From sequence record MZ417521: a DNA stretch of 64,000 nucleotides, one strand, 5' to 3'. A program made the position numbers and the translations under genes. Below, piece by piece: positions 1-9,775 of the stretch. How positions within the stretch are numbered: position 1 is the stretch's first letter; each line of letters begins with the position of its first letter. The stretch is from Escherichia phage 132. The notes under the pieces are model-generated. The model was given only the letters and a program-made list of their open reading frames with translations. It did not search any database and was not told where the DNA came from.

Positions 1-1509
1 GAAGGTTTACCGGAAATTGCTAATAGCAAACAAGCGATTATCGCTAAAATCTTTGAAAACCAGGAAAAAGATTTCCAGACAGCTCCAGAGTACAAAGACG
101 AAAAAATTGCTCAGGCATTCGGTTCTTTCTTAACAGAAGCTGAAATCGGTGGTGACCACGGTTACAACGCTACTAACATCGCTGCTGGTCAGACTTCTGG
201 CGCAGTAACTCAGATTGGCCCAGCTGTTATGGGTATGGTACGTCGTGCTATTCCTAACCTGATTGCTTTCGATATTTGCGGTGTTCAGCCGATGAACAGC
301 CCAACTGGTCAGGTATTCGCACTGCGCGCAGTATATGGTAAAGACCCAATCGCTGCCGGCGCTAAAGAAGCATTCCACCCAATGTATGGTCCAGATGCAA
401 TGTTCTCTGGTCAGGGTGCTGCTAAGAAATTCACAGCTCTGGCTGCTAGCACACAAACCACAGTAGGTGATATCTATACTCACTTCTTCCAGGACACTGG
501 TACTGTGTATCTGCAGGCTTCTGCTGTAGTAACAATCGATGCTGGCGCAACTGATGCAGCTAAATTAGATGCTGAAATTAAGAAACAAATGGAAGCTGGT
601 GCACTGGTAGAAATCGCTGAAGGTATGGCTACTTCTATCGCTGAACTTCAGGAAAGTTTCAACGGTTCCACCGATAACCCATGGAATGAAATGGGCTTCC
701 GTATCGATAAACAAGTTATCGAAGCTAAATCTCGTCAGCTGAAAGCTGCTTACTCTATCGAATTAGCACAAGACCTCCGCGCTGTTCACGGTATGGATGC
801 TGATGCTGAACTGTCTGGTATTCTGGCTACCGAAATCATGCTGGAAATCAACCGTGAAGTTGTTGATTGGATTAACTACTCAGCTCAGGTTGGTAAATCT
901 GGTATGACCCTGACTCCAGGTTCTAAAGCTGGTGTATTTGACTTCCAGGATCCGATTGATATTCGTGGTGCTCGCTGGGCGGGTGAATCCTTTAAAGCTC
1001 TGTTGTTCCAGATTGACAAAGAAGCAGTTGAAATTGCTCGTCAGACCGGTCGTGGTGAAGGTAACTTCATTATCGCTTCCCGTAACGTAGTTAACGTTCT
1101 GGCTTCAGTTGATACCGGCATTTCTTATGCTGCACAGGGTCTGGCTACCGGCTTTAACACTGATACTACCAAGTCAGTATTTGCTGGTGTTCTGGGTGGT
1201 AAATACCGTGTATATATCGACCAGTATGCTAAACAGGATTATTTCACTGTAGGTTATAAAGGTCCGAACGAAATGGATGCTGGTATTTACTATGCTCCAT
1301 ATGTAGCTCTGACTCCGCTGCGTGGTTCCGATCCGAAGAACTTCCAACCAGTAATGGGATTCAAAACTCGTTACGGTATCGGTATCAACCCATTTGCAGA
1401 ATCCGCTGCTCAGGCTCCGGCTTCTCGCATCCAGAGCGGTATGCCTTCTATTCTGAATAGCCTTGGTAAAAACGCTTACTTCCGCCGTGTATATGTTAAA
1501 GGTATCTAA
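1..1509 (+). CDS. 23: Major capsid protein gp23, 5' end lies outside the window
   Basis: Frame 1 is open from nt 1; translation EGLPEIANSKQAII...RRVYVKGI matches T4-type gp23 from memory. Confidence 0.95.
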   Translation, partial: EGLPEIANSKQAIIAKIFENQEKDFQTAPEYKDEKIAQAFGSFLTEAEIGGDHGYNATNIAAGQTSGAVTQIGPAVMGMVRRAIPNLIAFDICGVQPMNSPTGQVFALRAVYGKDPIAAGAKEAFHPMYGPDAMFSGQGAAKKFTALAASTQTTVGDIYTHFFQDTGTVYLQASAVVTIDAGATDAAKLDAEIKKQMEAGALVEIAEGMATSIAELQESFNGSTDNPWNEMGFRIDKQVIEAKSRQLKAAYSIELAQDLRAVHGMDADAELSGILATEIMLEINREVVDWINYSAQVGKSGMTLTPGSKAGVFDFQDPIDIRGARWAGESFKALLFQIDKEAVEIARQTGRGEGNFIIASRNVVNVLASVDTGISYAAQGLATGFNTDTTKSVFAGVLGGKYRVYIDQYAKQDYFTVGYKGPNEMDAGIYYAPYVALTPLRGSDPKNFQPVMGFKTRYGIGINPFAESAAQAPASRIQSGMPSILNSLGKNAYFRRVYVKGI

Positions 1510-1524
1510 TCTTTGACGATTTAA

Positions 1525-1540
1525 GGGACCTTCGGGTCCC
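1525..1540 (+). terminator. Hairpin GGGACC-TTCG-GGTCCC followed by TTT, downstream of gene 23
   Basis: Perfect 6-bp GC stem with UUCG loop and T-tract seen in sequence. Confidence 0.6.
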
Positions 1541-1557
1541 TTTAGTTGTTTTTATGG

Positions 1558-1565
1558 TATAAATA
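1558..1565 (+). promoter_or_regulatory. T4 late promoter TATAAATA for gene 24
   Basis: Exact TATAAATA 28 nt upstream of gene 24 ATG; GGAAAG RBS follows. Confidence 0.7.
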
Positions 1566-1592
1566 AATCATATAAACCAAAAGGAAAGCGCA

Positions 1593-2876
1593 ATGGCTAA
1601 AATCAACGAACTTCTGCGCGAATCAACCACAACGAATAGCAACTCAATCGGTCGCCCAAATCTCGTTGCTTTGACTCGCGCTACCACTAAATTAATATAT
1701 TCTGACATTGTAGCAACGCAAAGAACTAATCAACCTGTTGCTGCTTTTTATGGTATTAAATACCTTAACCCAGACAACGAATTTACGTTTAAAACTGGTG
1801 CTACTTACGCTGGCGAAGCTGGGTATGTAGACCGAGAACAAATCACAGAATTAACAGAAGAGTCTAAATTAACTCTCAATAAAGGCGATTTATTCAAATA
1901 TAATAATATCGTTTATAAAGTATTAGAAGATACACCATTTGCTACCATTGAAGAAAGCGATTTAGAATTAGCTCTTCAGATTGCAATTGTTCTTTTAAAG
2001 GTTCGTCTATTTTCTGACGCAGCGTCAACGAGCAAATTTGAAAACTCTGATAGTGAAATTGCGGATGCTAGATTCCAGATTAATAAATGGCAAACTGCAG
2101 TTAAATCTCGTAAACTTAAAACTGGCATCACAGTTGAATTAGCACAAGATTTAGAAGCAAATGGATTCGATGCTCCTAATTTCCTGGAAGATTTGCTTGC
2201 AACTGAAATGGCGGATGAAATCAATAAAGATATTCTACAGTCTTTGATTACAGTATCAAAACGCTATAAAGTTACAGGAATTACTGATACTGGATTCATT
2301 GATTTGAGCTATGCATCTGCACCTGAAGCTGGTCGTTCATTATACCGAATGGTATGTGAAATGGTTTCACATATCCAAAAAGAATCAACTTATACAGCAA
2401 CGTTCTGTGTTGCTTCAGCTCGTGCCGCTGCGATTCTTGCTGCATCAGGTTGGTTAAAACATAAACCAGAAGATGATAAATATCTTTCACAAAATGCCTA
2501 CGGGTTCTTAGCTAATGGTTTACCGCTTTATTGCGATACTAACAGCCCATTAGATTATGTAATCGTTGGTGTAGTAGAAAATATCGGCGAAAAAGAAATT
2601 GTTGGATCAATTTTCTATGCTCCGTATACAGAAGGTCTTGACTTAGATGACCCTGAACATGTAGGTGCATTTAAAGTTGTAGTTGATCCAGAAAGTTTGC
2701 AGCCATCTATCGGTTTATTAGTTAGATATGCTTTATCTGCAAATCCTTACACTGTAGCAAAAGATGAAAAAGAAGCAAGAATAATTGATGGTGGAGACAT
2801 GGATAAAATGGCGGGTCGTTCAGATTTGTCTGTTTTATTAGGTGTTAAGCTACCAAAAATTATCGTTGATGAATAA
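1593..2876 (+). CDS. 24: Head vertex protein gp24
   Basis: 427 aa, same length as T4 gp24; position directly after gene 23. Confidence 0.93.
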   Translation: MAKINELLRESTTTNSNSIGRPNLVALTRATTKLIYSDIVATQRTNQPVAAFYGIKYLNPDNEFTFKTGATYAGEAGYVDREQITELTEESKLTLNKGDLFKYNNIVYKVLEDTPFATIEESDLELALQIAIVLLKVRLFSDAASTSKFENSDSEIADARFQINKWQTAVKSRKLKTGITVELAQDLEANGFDAPNFLEDLLATEMADEINKDILQSLITVSKRYKVTGITDTGFIDLSYASAPEAGRSLYRMVCEMVSHIQKESTYTATFCVASARAAAILAASGWLKHKPEDDKYLSQNAYGFLANGLPLYCDTNSPLDYVIVGVVENIGEKEIVGSIFYAPYTEGLDLDDPEHVGAFKVVVDPESLQPSIGLLVRYALSANPYTVAKDEKEARIIDGGDMDKMAGRSDLSVLLGVKLPKIIVDE

Positions 2877-2882
2877 AACAAA

Positions 2883-2898
2883 GGGACCTTTCGGTCCC
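2883..2898. terminator. Bidirectional hairpin GGGACC-TTTC-GGTCCC between convergent gene 24 and rnlB
   Basis: Palindromic GC stem flanked by A-run and T-run. Confidence 0.6.
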
Positions 2899-2905
2899 TT
2901 TTTAT

Positions 2906-3910
2906 TTAACTTACCAATTCAATCCAAGCCGGACGAAGTACATCTTGTACCATTTTAACCAATTCCTTTTTAATCAAAGAAGGATTATCCGCTTGAGTTA
3001 GAGTAATACCTTCACGAGAAGTTTCTTCCAAAATATCTTGAACAGTTAGCCCCATCACCTTTCCAAAATCCTTCGGACCAATTTCGCCAATTTTAGAAAT
3101 AACGTTATTTACTCGGTTCAGTGTAACGTAGCAAGCTAAAATTCCCAGCAATTTATTATCAGCTTCTGACAACTCAACTTTAGCTTTAATAGGCTTATCA
3201 GACTTTTTCTTTTCACTAAATTTAGAGTTCTTGCATTTAATCGCTACGCGATTGCCATTAGGCATCCAAGAAGGATAACAAGGTTTCAATACATATCCTT
3301 CAGCGGTAAATACTTCGCCTTTTGCTTCGGCATTCCAAACACATTTATTTGCATCAACTAATCCAGCATGGCCTACTGTAAAATTATAATCTTGGACGAC
3401 AGAATCTAAATCATTTGGCAATTTAATAAGCTCTTCAAATTTACCGCGACCCAAAAGTGGAGCCATTTTAAATTTAAATGTATTACAGAATGATTCCATC
3501 ATATAATCATCGACATAAGTTACATCACCACTTTCTGTAGTAACAATAATGTCAAATACATAAAAATCTTTATCACCATAATCGACATTCTTCTGAATGC
3601 CAGGTCCAGCGAATTCACCAAAGACTTGATAAGATACAACTGCTGAAGTTTCCATAATATCTTGTACTGCTTTAATGGAATCAGCGTAATTCTTTAGAAT
3701 AATTTCATACCCAAAGAAATCTTCAGCAGGAAGAATCGGTCCAGTACGTTTAGCACAAGTTGCTTTATCGCGTTCAATAATCAGTGAGAAATTTGTGCCA
3801 TGAATCTTTTCACGAGCTACCCATTCGCCGCCAGTCAATCCTAAACTATAAAGTTTTTCAATGAATTTAGAATTGTAATGATTTTCAAGACTGCTATACT
3901 TTTTAAACAT
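2906..3910 (-). CDS. rnlB: RNA ligase 2 (Rnl2)
   Basis: 334 aa; [21 protein letters not shown]-terminus and KIHGTN nucleotidyltransferase motif I match T4 Rnl2. Confidence 0.93.
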   Translation of the reverse strand: MFKKYSSLENHYNSKFIEKLYSLGLTGGEWVAREKIHGTNFSLIIERDKATCAKRTGPILPAEDFFGYEIILKNYADSIKAVQDIMETSAVVSYQVFGEFAGPGIQKNVDYGDKDFYVFDIIVTTESGDVTYVDDYMMESFCNTFKFKMAPLLGRGKFEELIKLPNDLDSVVQDYNFTVGHAGLVDANKCVWNAEAKGEVFTAEGYVLKPCYPSWMPNGNRVAIKCKNSKFSEKKKSDKPIKAKVELSEADNKLLGILACYVTLNRVNNVISKIGEIGPKDFGKVMGLTVQDILEETSREGITLTQADNPSLIKKELVKMVQDVLRPAWIELVS

Positions 3911-3919
3911 AATTAATCC

Positions 3920-4198
3920 TCAAAATGTAATTTCTAACCAATCACCATCACGTTGGTCACTATTGACTTTAAAGCTAAATCCTTCTTTTCTCAGCCAATC
4001 ACCAATTTCTTCAGTAATCAATTTATCGCGAGCAGTGCAATAATAACTAAAATATGTTTTACCTTGTTCAGCTGCTTTATTAGCAAGTTCCGAAAAATCT
4101 TTAATAAAACACTCTAGCTTAAACTGTTTGCTTTTAAGTGCTTTTTCACGTAATTGATTAGCAAAAGATTCATTTTCATAAAGATCATACTGTTCCAT
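3920..4198 (-). CDS. Hypothetical protein at the T4 24.2 position
   Basis: 92-aa ORF between rnlB and hoc. Confidence 0.65.
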   Translation of the reverse strand: MEQYDLYENESFANQLREKALKSKQFKLECFIKDFSELANKAAEQGKTYFSYYCTARDKLITEEIGDWLRKEGFSFKVNSDQRDGDWLEITF

Positions 4199-4400
4199 TT
4201 TTCACCTTCTTATTAATATGTCTTTTTCTATAGACAACTTTTTCTCGAGTCTCAAATTTATTCTTAGCAGTCATAGCTCGAGCCCATAATACAGCCACTT
4301 CCTTTGCCTGTAAGTTCAATTCACGAGCAATTTCAATGAATGACTTTCCAGACTCATGGAGTGTAAACACCACAACCTCAGTTCTCATAATCAATCTCAT
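4185..4400 (-). CDS. Hypothetical small basic protein with putative helix-turn-helix, at the T4 24.3 position
   Basis: 71-aa ORF; SGKSFIEIARELNLQAKEV looks like an HTH. Confidence 0.6.
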   Translation of the reverse strand: MRLIMRTEVVVFTLHESGKSFIEIARELNLQAKEVAVLWARAMTAKNKFETREKVVYRKRHINKKVKNGTV

Positions 4401-4469
4401 GTTATCGAGTTGGTGCCATTATATACATCGTTTTCTGATTGCGTTTTGTGTGCTTTCAAAATGAAGAAA

Positions 4470-4483
4470 GGGGCCGAAGCCCC
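4470..4483 (-). terminator. Hairpin GGGGC-CGAA-GCCCC downstream of hoc
   Basis: GC stem with GNRA-like loop followed by T-rich tract on the minus strand. Confidence 0.6.
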
Positions 4484-4488
4484 TGAGA

Positions 4489-5913
4489 TTATGGATAGGT
4501 ATAGATGATACCAGTTTCTAAAGCAGTTTTATGAATGATGTATCCATTACGCGATTCTTGAACATCAACTTCTGGATAGTCTTTCATCATCTTCTGAAGA
4601 GTGTAACGATGCAAGTAGTATTTACTATCTGGATCTTCAGTTTTCCAATCTTTACCTTCTTCAGTCATTTTTTGGATTTCATCCATAACCCACCAACCGC
4701 ACCAGATATAAGCTGAGCTACGATGTGGAAGAGGATGAACATAAGGTAATTCACCTTCTGGTTCCGGAGCAACTTTATCAGTCACTTGAACTTGACCTGT
4801 GGCTTTAACTGTTTTACTATCATAGTCAGTTGCTGTAACGACAGCAGTAACTTCAATAGTTTGACTTCCAATAGATGAGGTATCAACAGTATATACGTTA
4901 GTTGACCCTTCCACAGGAGAAGAATCTTTCTTCCATGAGTAAGTAATTTGTGCTGCTTCAGGTGCGCCAGTAACATTAGCAGTAAATGTAGCCGAAGCAT
5001 CTTGCTGAACATTAATAGAAGGAGGAGTCAATGTAACCTGTGGATTCATTGTCTTCTTATTAACTGTCAATGATACTTCATTGGAAGTAACTTCCTTTTC
5101 ATTATAATTTTCTGCAGTTACTTGGGCTACGCATTTAATTCTTTTTACTCCACTTGTAGTTGGAGTATAGTTAAATGTAGAGTTAGTTTCTCCACCAACT
5201 TGTGAATCATCTACATACCACTGATACGTGGCAGACGCTCCATCAGGTTGAGAAGCTAAGGCAGCAGTAAATTGAACCGGGGTTCCAATTACTCCAGCAG
5301 CAGGACTATCAGGAGTTACTGCCAAGGTAGTTGTCTGCGTCTTTTTATTAACCGTCAATGATACTTCATTAGAAGTAACGCTCAGTGCATCATAATCTGT
5401 CGCAGTTACTTGAGCTACACACTTAATTTTTTTAACTCCGCTTGTAGTAGGAGTATAATTGAATGTAGCAGAAGTTGCTTCGCTCACAGGAGAACCGTCA
5501 ACGTACCATTGATACGTAGCAGATGCGCCCGATGGCTGTGAAGCTAAGGCAGCAGTAAATTCAACGGCTGTTCCGATTACTCCTTCTGGAGGACTATTAG
5601 GAGTTACAGCTAAGGTAGTTGTCTGTGTCTTATTTTGAACTGTGATAGTTGTACTAATTTCAGCTGTTTCAGCTTCAGCTTCAGCTTCTGGAACTGTATT
5701 TGTTGCAACCACTTTAATAGTCTTTTGACCAGCAGGTCCTTTTAATACATAATTAAAGGTTGCTTCAGCTCCATCCTGTGGAACATTATCTACACTCCAA
5801 GCATATGTAATAGGTCCATCTCCAGTTTGACCACTGGGTGTAGCAGTAAACTGCTTGGTTTCATCAATAACCCCTGTTGGTGTTTTAGGAGTTATATCAA
5901 CTGTAAAAGCCAT
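4489..5913 (-). CDS. hoc: Highly immunogenic outer capsid protein Hoc, long form with an extra Ig-like domain
   Basis: 474 aa; N- and C-termini match T4 Hoc (376 aa); internal ~96-aa unit duplicated. Confidence 0.9.
   Translation of the reverse strand: MAFTVDITPKTPTGVIDETKQFTATPSGQTGDGPITYAWSVDNVPQDGAEATFNYVLKGPAGQKTIKVVATNTVPEAEAEAETAEISTTITVQNKTQTTTLAVTPNSPPEGVIGTAVEFTAALASQPSGASATYQWYVDGSPVSEATSATFNYTPTTSGVKKIKCVAQVTATDYDALSVTSNEVSLTVNKKTQTTTLAVTPDSPAAGVIGTPVQFTAALASQPDGASATYQWYVDDSQVGGETNSTFNYTPTTSGVKRIKCVAQVTAENYNEKEVTSNEVSLTVNKKTMNPQVTLTPPSINVQQDASATFTANVTGAPEAAQITYSWKKDSSPVEGSTNVYTVDTSSIGSQTIEVTAVVTATDYDSKTVKATGQVQVTDKVAPEPEGELPYVHPLPHRSSAYIWCGWWVMDEIQKMTEEGKDWKTEDPDSKYYLHRYTLQKMMKDYPEVDVQESRNGYIIHKTALETGIIYTYP
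5058..5633 (-). repeat. Tandem ~288-bp in-frame duplication inside hoc (two copies of one Ig-like domain)
   Basis: Protein repeat NKKTQTTTLAVTP..ASQP.GASATYQWYVD..SGVK.IKCVAQVTA..EVSLTV occurs twice; nucleotide repeat visible near 5050-5090 and 5335-5380. Confidence 0.8.
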
Positions 5914-5922
5914 AAGTTATCC

Positions 5923-6603
5923 TTATTTTAATGTTACGAAAGAAGAGTTACGCGTTTCACGAATTAGAACTGATCCGTCACGGTTAATGTAGTAAATTAA
6001 GCTAAATAAAGTTTGGTGTGCCGACGCATGTTCAAAACTAGTTGGGTGAGATTTCCAATCCGGAGTTTCAGCAATCCACTGGTAAATCCACCAAGGAACA
6101 GTGCAGAATCCTGGATTTTTTCCAATCAGCTGAAGATTCGGACTAAAGTTTTCCGGAAGAGTAAATACAGACGGCTTTTCAGATTCAATAATCTCAGCTA
6201 CAGCCTGTTCGAATTTTTCTTCAACAAAAGGAGTATCTTCAATCAAAACATCGGTATTTTCAGGAATTTTATCCGTTTCTACTACTTCAATTTTAATGTC
6301 AGATTTAACCGGAGAATCAATCAGAAGTGCTGCTTCTGGATTGACTTCTTCATCGTCATATTTTAATCCCTCTGCGGCATCAGCAGCATCAATTAAGTCT
6401 TTAATAGATAACCCATCAGTCTCTGGCATAGGTTCACTAGCGAGCTTCTGGAGGGCTTCTTCAATATCAATAACGATATTATCAAAAGATTTATTCTTTT
6501 TGACCTTTATACCAAACTGTTCAGCATATTCAGCTAATTTAGCTTTAGCTTCTTTATTATCATCAAGAGCCTTCAGCTCTGCAATATAATCTTTATCTAT
6601 CAT
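5923..6603 (-). CDS. inh: Inhibitor of prohead protease (Inh)
   Basis: 226 aa, at the T4 inh position between hoc and uvsW. Confidence 0.8.
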   Translation of the reverse strand: MIDKDYIAELKALDDNKEAKAKLAEYAEQFGIKVKKNKSFDNIVIDIEEALQKLASEPMPETDGLSIKDLIDAADAAEGLKYDDEEVNPEAALLIDSPVKSDIKIEVVETDKIPENTDVLIEDTPFVEEKFEQAVAEIIESEKPSVFTLPENFSPNLQLIGKNPGFCTVPWWIYQWIAETPDWKSHPTSFEHASAHQTLFSLIYYINRDGSVLIRETRNSSFVTLK

Positions 6604-6616
6604 AATATTTCCTCAG

Positions 6617-6624
6617 TATAAATA
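6617..6624 (+). promoter_or_regulatory. T4 late promoter TATAAATA upstream of uvsW
   Basis: Exact TATAAATA 30 nt upstream of uvsW ATG. Confidence 0.6.
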
Positions 6625-6653
6625 TAGATATATTTATTACATGGTATTTAGAC

Positions 6654-8165
6654 ATGACTGACATTAAAGTACATTTTTATGATTTTAGTCACGTGAGAAT
6701 TGATTGTGAAGAAAGTACATTTCATGAACTCCGTGATTTCTTTAGCTTTGAAGCTGACGGGTATCGTTTTAATCCGAAATACAAATATGGTCACTGGGAT
6801 GGACGAATCCGTCTTTTAGATTATAATCGCCTTCTTCCATTCGGCTTAGTCGGGCAAATTAAAAAGTTCTGTGATAATTTTGGCTATAAAGCCTGGATTG
6901 ACCCACAAATTAATGAAAAAGAAGAATTATCAAGAAAAGATTTTGATGAATGGCTTTCTAAATTAGAAATCTATTCAGGAAATAAAAGAATTGAACCACA
7001 CTGGTATCAAAAAGATGCAGTGTTCGAAGGATTAGTTAATCGTCGTAGAATTCTTAATCTTCCAACATCCGCAGGTAAATCTTTAATTCAAGCTTTGCTT
7101 GCACGTTATTATTTGGAAAATTATGAAGGTAAAATTCTTATCATTGTTCCAACAACTGCTCTGACAACTCAGATGGCTGATGACTTTGTTGACTATCGTT
7201 TATTCAGTCATGCAATGATAAAGAAAATCGGTGGTGGAGCATCAAAAGATGATAAATATAAAAATGATGCACCGGTAATTGTTGGTACATGGCAAACTGT
7301 AGTAAAACAACCAAAAGAATGGTTCTCACAGTTTGGAATGATGATGAATGATGAATGCCATCTTGCCACAGGAAAAAGTATTTCATCTATCATATCAGGT
7401 TTAAATAACTGCATGTTCAAATTCGGTCTATCAGGTTCATTACGTGATGGCAAAGCCAATATAATGCAGTATGTTGGAATGTTTGGTGAAATATTTAAGC
7501 CAGTAACGACTTCTAAATTAATGGAAGATGGGCAAGTAACTGAGCTAAAAATTAATAGTATTTTTCTTCGCTATCCCGATGAGTTCACTACTAAATTAAA
7601 GGGAAAAACTTACCAAGAAGAAATAAAAATTATTACTGGGCTCAGTAAAAGAAATAAATGGATCGCTAAATTAGCTATTAAGCTTGCGCAAAAAGATGAA
7701 AACGCTTTTGTCATGTTTAAGCATGTATCACATGGTAAAGCTATTTTCGATTTAATTAAAAATGAATACGATAAAGTTTATTACGTATCAGGGGAAGTTG
7801 ATACTGAAACACGCAATGTAATGAAAACCTTAGCTGAAAACGGTAAAGGAATAATTATAGTAGCTAGTTATGGTGTATTTTCTACTGGTATTTCAGTTAA
7901 AAATCTGCATCACGTTGTTTTAGCGCACGGTGTTAAATCTAAAATTATTGTATTGCAAACAATAGGTCGCGTATTACGTAAGCATGGTTCTAAAACAATC
8001 GCAACGGTCTGGGACCTCATTGATGATTGCGGTGTTAAGCCAAAATCTGCTAATACGAAAAAGAAATATGTTCATTTGAACTATCTTTTAAAACACGGCA
8101 TTGATCGTATTCAGCGCTACGCAGATGAAAAATTTAATTACGTAATGAAAACAGTTAATTTATAA
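6654..8165 (+). CDS. uvsW: UvsW SF2 DNA helicase / annealing protein
   Basis: 503 aa; Walker A-like LPTSAGKS, DECH box (MNDECHL), helicase C-terminal motifs. Confidence 0.93.
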   Translation: MTDIKVHFYDFSHVRIDCEESTFHELRDFFSFEADGYRFNPKYKYGHWDGRIRLLDYNRLLPFGLVGQIKKFCDNFGYKAWIDPQINEKEELSRKDFDEWLSKLEIYSGNKRIEPHWYQKDAVFEGLVNRRRILNLPTSAGKSLIQALLARYYLENYEGKILIIVPTTALTTQMADDFVDYRLFSHAMIKKIGGGASKDDKYKNDAPVIVGTWQTVVKQPKEWFSQFGMMMNDECHLATGKSISSIISGLNNCMFKFGLSGSLRDGKANIMQYVGMFGEIFKPVTTSKLMEDGQVTELKINSIFLRYPDEFTTKLKGKTYQEEIKIITGLSKRNKWIAKLAIKLAQKDENAFVMFKHVSHGKAIFDLIKNEYDKVYYVSGEVDTETRNVMKTLAENGKGIIIVASYGVFSTGISVKNLHHVVLAHGVKSKIIVLQTIGRVLRKHGSKTIATVWDLIDDCGVKPKSANTKKKYVHLNYLLKHGIDRIQRYADEKFNYVMKTVNL

Positions 8166-8190
8166 GGGCTTCGGCCCTTTGGAGAAAAAG

Positions 8191-8421
8191 ATGTTACTAG
8201 AATTTAAACAATTTCTTTATGAAGCTTCTATTGATGAATTTATGGGTAAAATTGCCTCTTGCCAAACATTAGAAGGTCTAGAAGAACTTGAAGCTTATTA
8301 TAAGAAAAGAGTTAAAGAAACTGAATTAAAAGATACTGATGACATCTCCGTGAGAGATGCTTTGGCAGGAAAAAGAGCTGAATTAGAAGATTCAGACGAT
8401 GAAGTAGAAGAAAGCTTTTAA
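8191..8421 (+). CDS. uvsW.1: UvsW.1 small acidic protein
   Basis: 76 aa from ATG at 8191 (track ORF starts at TTG 8179); +1 frame relative to uvsW. Confidence 0.75.
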   Translation: MLLEFKQFLYEASIDEFMGKIASCQTLEGLEELEAYYKKRVKETELKDTDDISVRDALAGKRAELEDSDDEVEESF

Positions 8422-8476
8422 ATTAAAAAAGGCCCAACCAAAAAGGAAGGGCCAAAACTATAGACTAAAGGTCACA

Positions 8477-8644
8477 CTATAGCAAAAGTTGTGTTTCATT
8501 TAATTGTTCTTCCGAACTTTCTGAAACTGGTAGTTCTTTAATGTAATTATAGCAAGGCCCAGGATGTACAGGACCTTTGTCTGTTTCAACAACCAATGCA
8601 GAATCGATTGGAGTTTTACAGACAACACAAATCTTATCTGACAT
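8477..8644 (-). CDS. Small Cys-containing protein at the T4 uvsY.-2 position
   Basis: Hand-translated 55-aa ORF MSDKICVVCKTPIDS... with GAGGAG RBS; below the ORF-track length cutoff. Confidence 0.55.
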   Translation of the reverse strand: MSDKICVVCKTPIDSALVVETDKGPVHPGPCYNYIKELPVSESSEEQLNETQLLL

Positions 8645-8672
8645 GATTGTCTCCTCTAAATTATATATCTAT

Positions 8673-8897
8673 TTATATAACTCTCATATGCATATCAATG
8701 CCCATATCTTTAGAATAAAAATATTCATCAAGATATCCGGCAAATTTTCCTTTAATATAAAGTACATCTTCACCGCATGGGTGGTCAGCCAGGATACGAA
8801 TATCCTGACGCTTGAGATTATACTTTTTCATTAAGAATTGAATTTCCGTTTCGAATTCTTCTTCATAATTAAAAGCATCATCAATGCTATATTTCAT
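8673..8897 (-). CDS. Hypothetical protein at the T4 uvsY.-1 position
   Basis: 74-aa ORF whose start overlaps the uvsY stop. Confidence 0.7.
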   Translation of the reverse strand: MKYSIDDAFNYEEEFETEIQFLMKKYNLKRQDIRILADHPCGEDVLYIKGKFAGYLDEYFYSKDMGIDMHMRVI

Positions 8898-9310
8898 TAT
8901 TTTCCAGCCTCAAATGCTCGCATGTCTTGAATATGCTTAATAGCAAATCCACGTGATTTAATAGCATCAAGAGCTCCGCTACAGAAATCCAATAAAATTC
9001 CCCAATATTGTAATGAAGTATCAACTTTTAAAACATCCTTATCAGCTGATAGAACTGTCTTCATTTCTGATTTTTCATAACGATCCATACTAAATTCATC
9101 ACCATCTCCTCGTCCCGAGTAGTAGTCTAATTTAGCTTTAAGAGCAACTTTTTTCTGTGCGTCAATTCTAAGCATTTCCTTTTTAATACTTGAATGCTTA
9201 TTAAGCCATTTACTATATAACATCACATTATTAGCTGCTTCATACTGTAATTTAGTCGAATCTATAAACACATCTTTCTTCAATTCTTCTTGAAGATCTT
9301 CTAATTTCAT
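8897..9310 (-). CDS. uvsY: UvsY recombination mediator
   Basis: 137 aa, same length as T4 UvsY; MKLEDLQEELKKDVFIDSTKLQYEAANN. Confidence 0.93.
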   Translation of the reverse strand: MKLEDLQEELKKDVFIDSTKLQYEAANNVMLYSKWLNKHSSIKKEMLRIDAQKKVALKAKLDYYSGRGDGDEFSMDRYEKSEMKTVLSADKDVLKVDTSLQYWGILLDFCSGALDAIKSRGFAIKHIQDMRAFEAGK

Positions 9311-9344
9311 ATTGTTCTCTATTCAATTGTTATTGGATGGACTT

Positions 9345-9380
9345 AGATTCATTATACCACGTTTATACGTGAAGCATTAT
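9345..9380 (-). promoter_or_regulatory. Putative MotA-dependent middle promoter for uvsY (MotA box aaTGCTTCA plus TATAAT)
   Basis: Minus strand reads AATGCTTCA, 13-nt spacer, then TATAAT. Confidence 0.5.
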
Positions 9381-9775
9381 ACTCTATTACTGGAAGCCAG
9401 TTGCAGTTTTATCTGCTCAATATCATCAGGGTTATCGATGACCGAAAAGCGTATTTCTACTATCAGAGTATAATCATCATAAACTGGTATTACATTAACT
9501 GCTAATTTATCAATACGCGGCTCGTAGTTTCTTACTGCGCTTTCGATGTTACGCTCAACTGTATCAGCAGTAAGAGGAGTCATATTCTCAAAAAGTTGAT
9601 CAGATAAATCGCATCCAAATTCTGGGTCAAACGGTCTCGACCCTTTTCTGGTTGTGATAATTCCCAAAAGGCTATTTTTAATTGACCTTAATCCAAGAGA
9701 TCTAGAAACATCTTTGTCCCAATCCATTTTCATTTCTGGGTCAATGTCAGAATAAAGCTTATTAATATTTGCCAT
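9377..9775 (-). CDS. 25: Baseplate wedge protein gp25
   Basis: 132 aa; [19 protein letters not shown] matches T4 gp25. Confidence 0.93.
   Translation of the reverse strand: MANINKLYSDIDPEMKMDWDKDVSRSLGLRSIKNSLLGIITTRKGSRPFDPEFGCDLSDQLFENMTPLTADTVERNIESAVRNYEPRIDKLAVNVIPVYDDYTLIVEIRFSVIDNPDDIEQIKLQLASSNRV

Noticed and set aside
229-1509. ORF-track start of the first gene at nt 229
   Set aside because: The reading frame is open from nt 1 and the upstream translation continues the gp23 sequence; 229 is only the first in-frame Met inside the window.
4459-4472. MotA-box-like TGCTTTCA on the plus strand in the hoc 3' region
   Set aside because: It would drive transcription antisense to hoc and has no matching -10 element at the correct spacing; likely a chance match.
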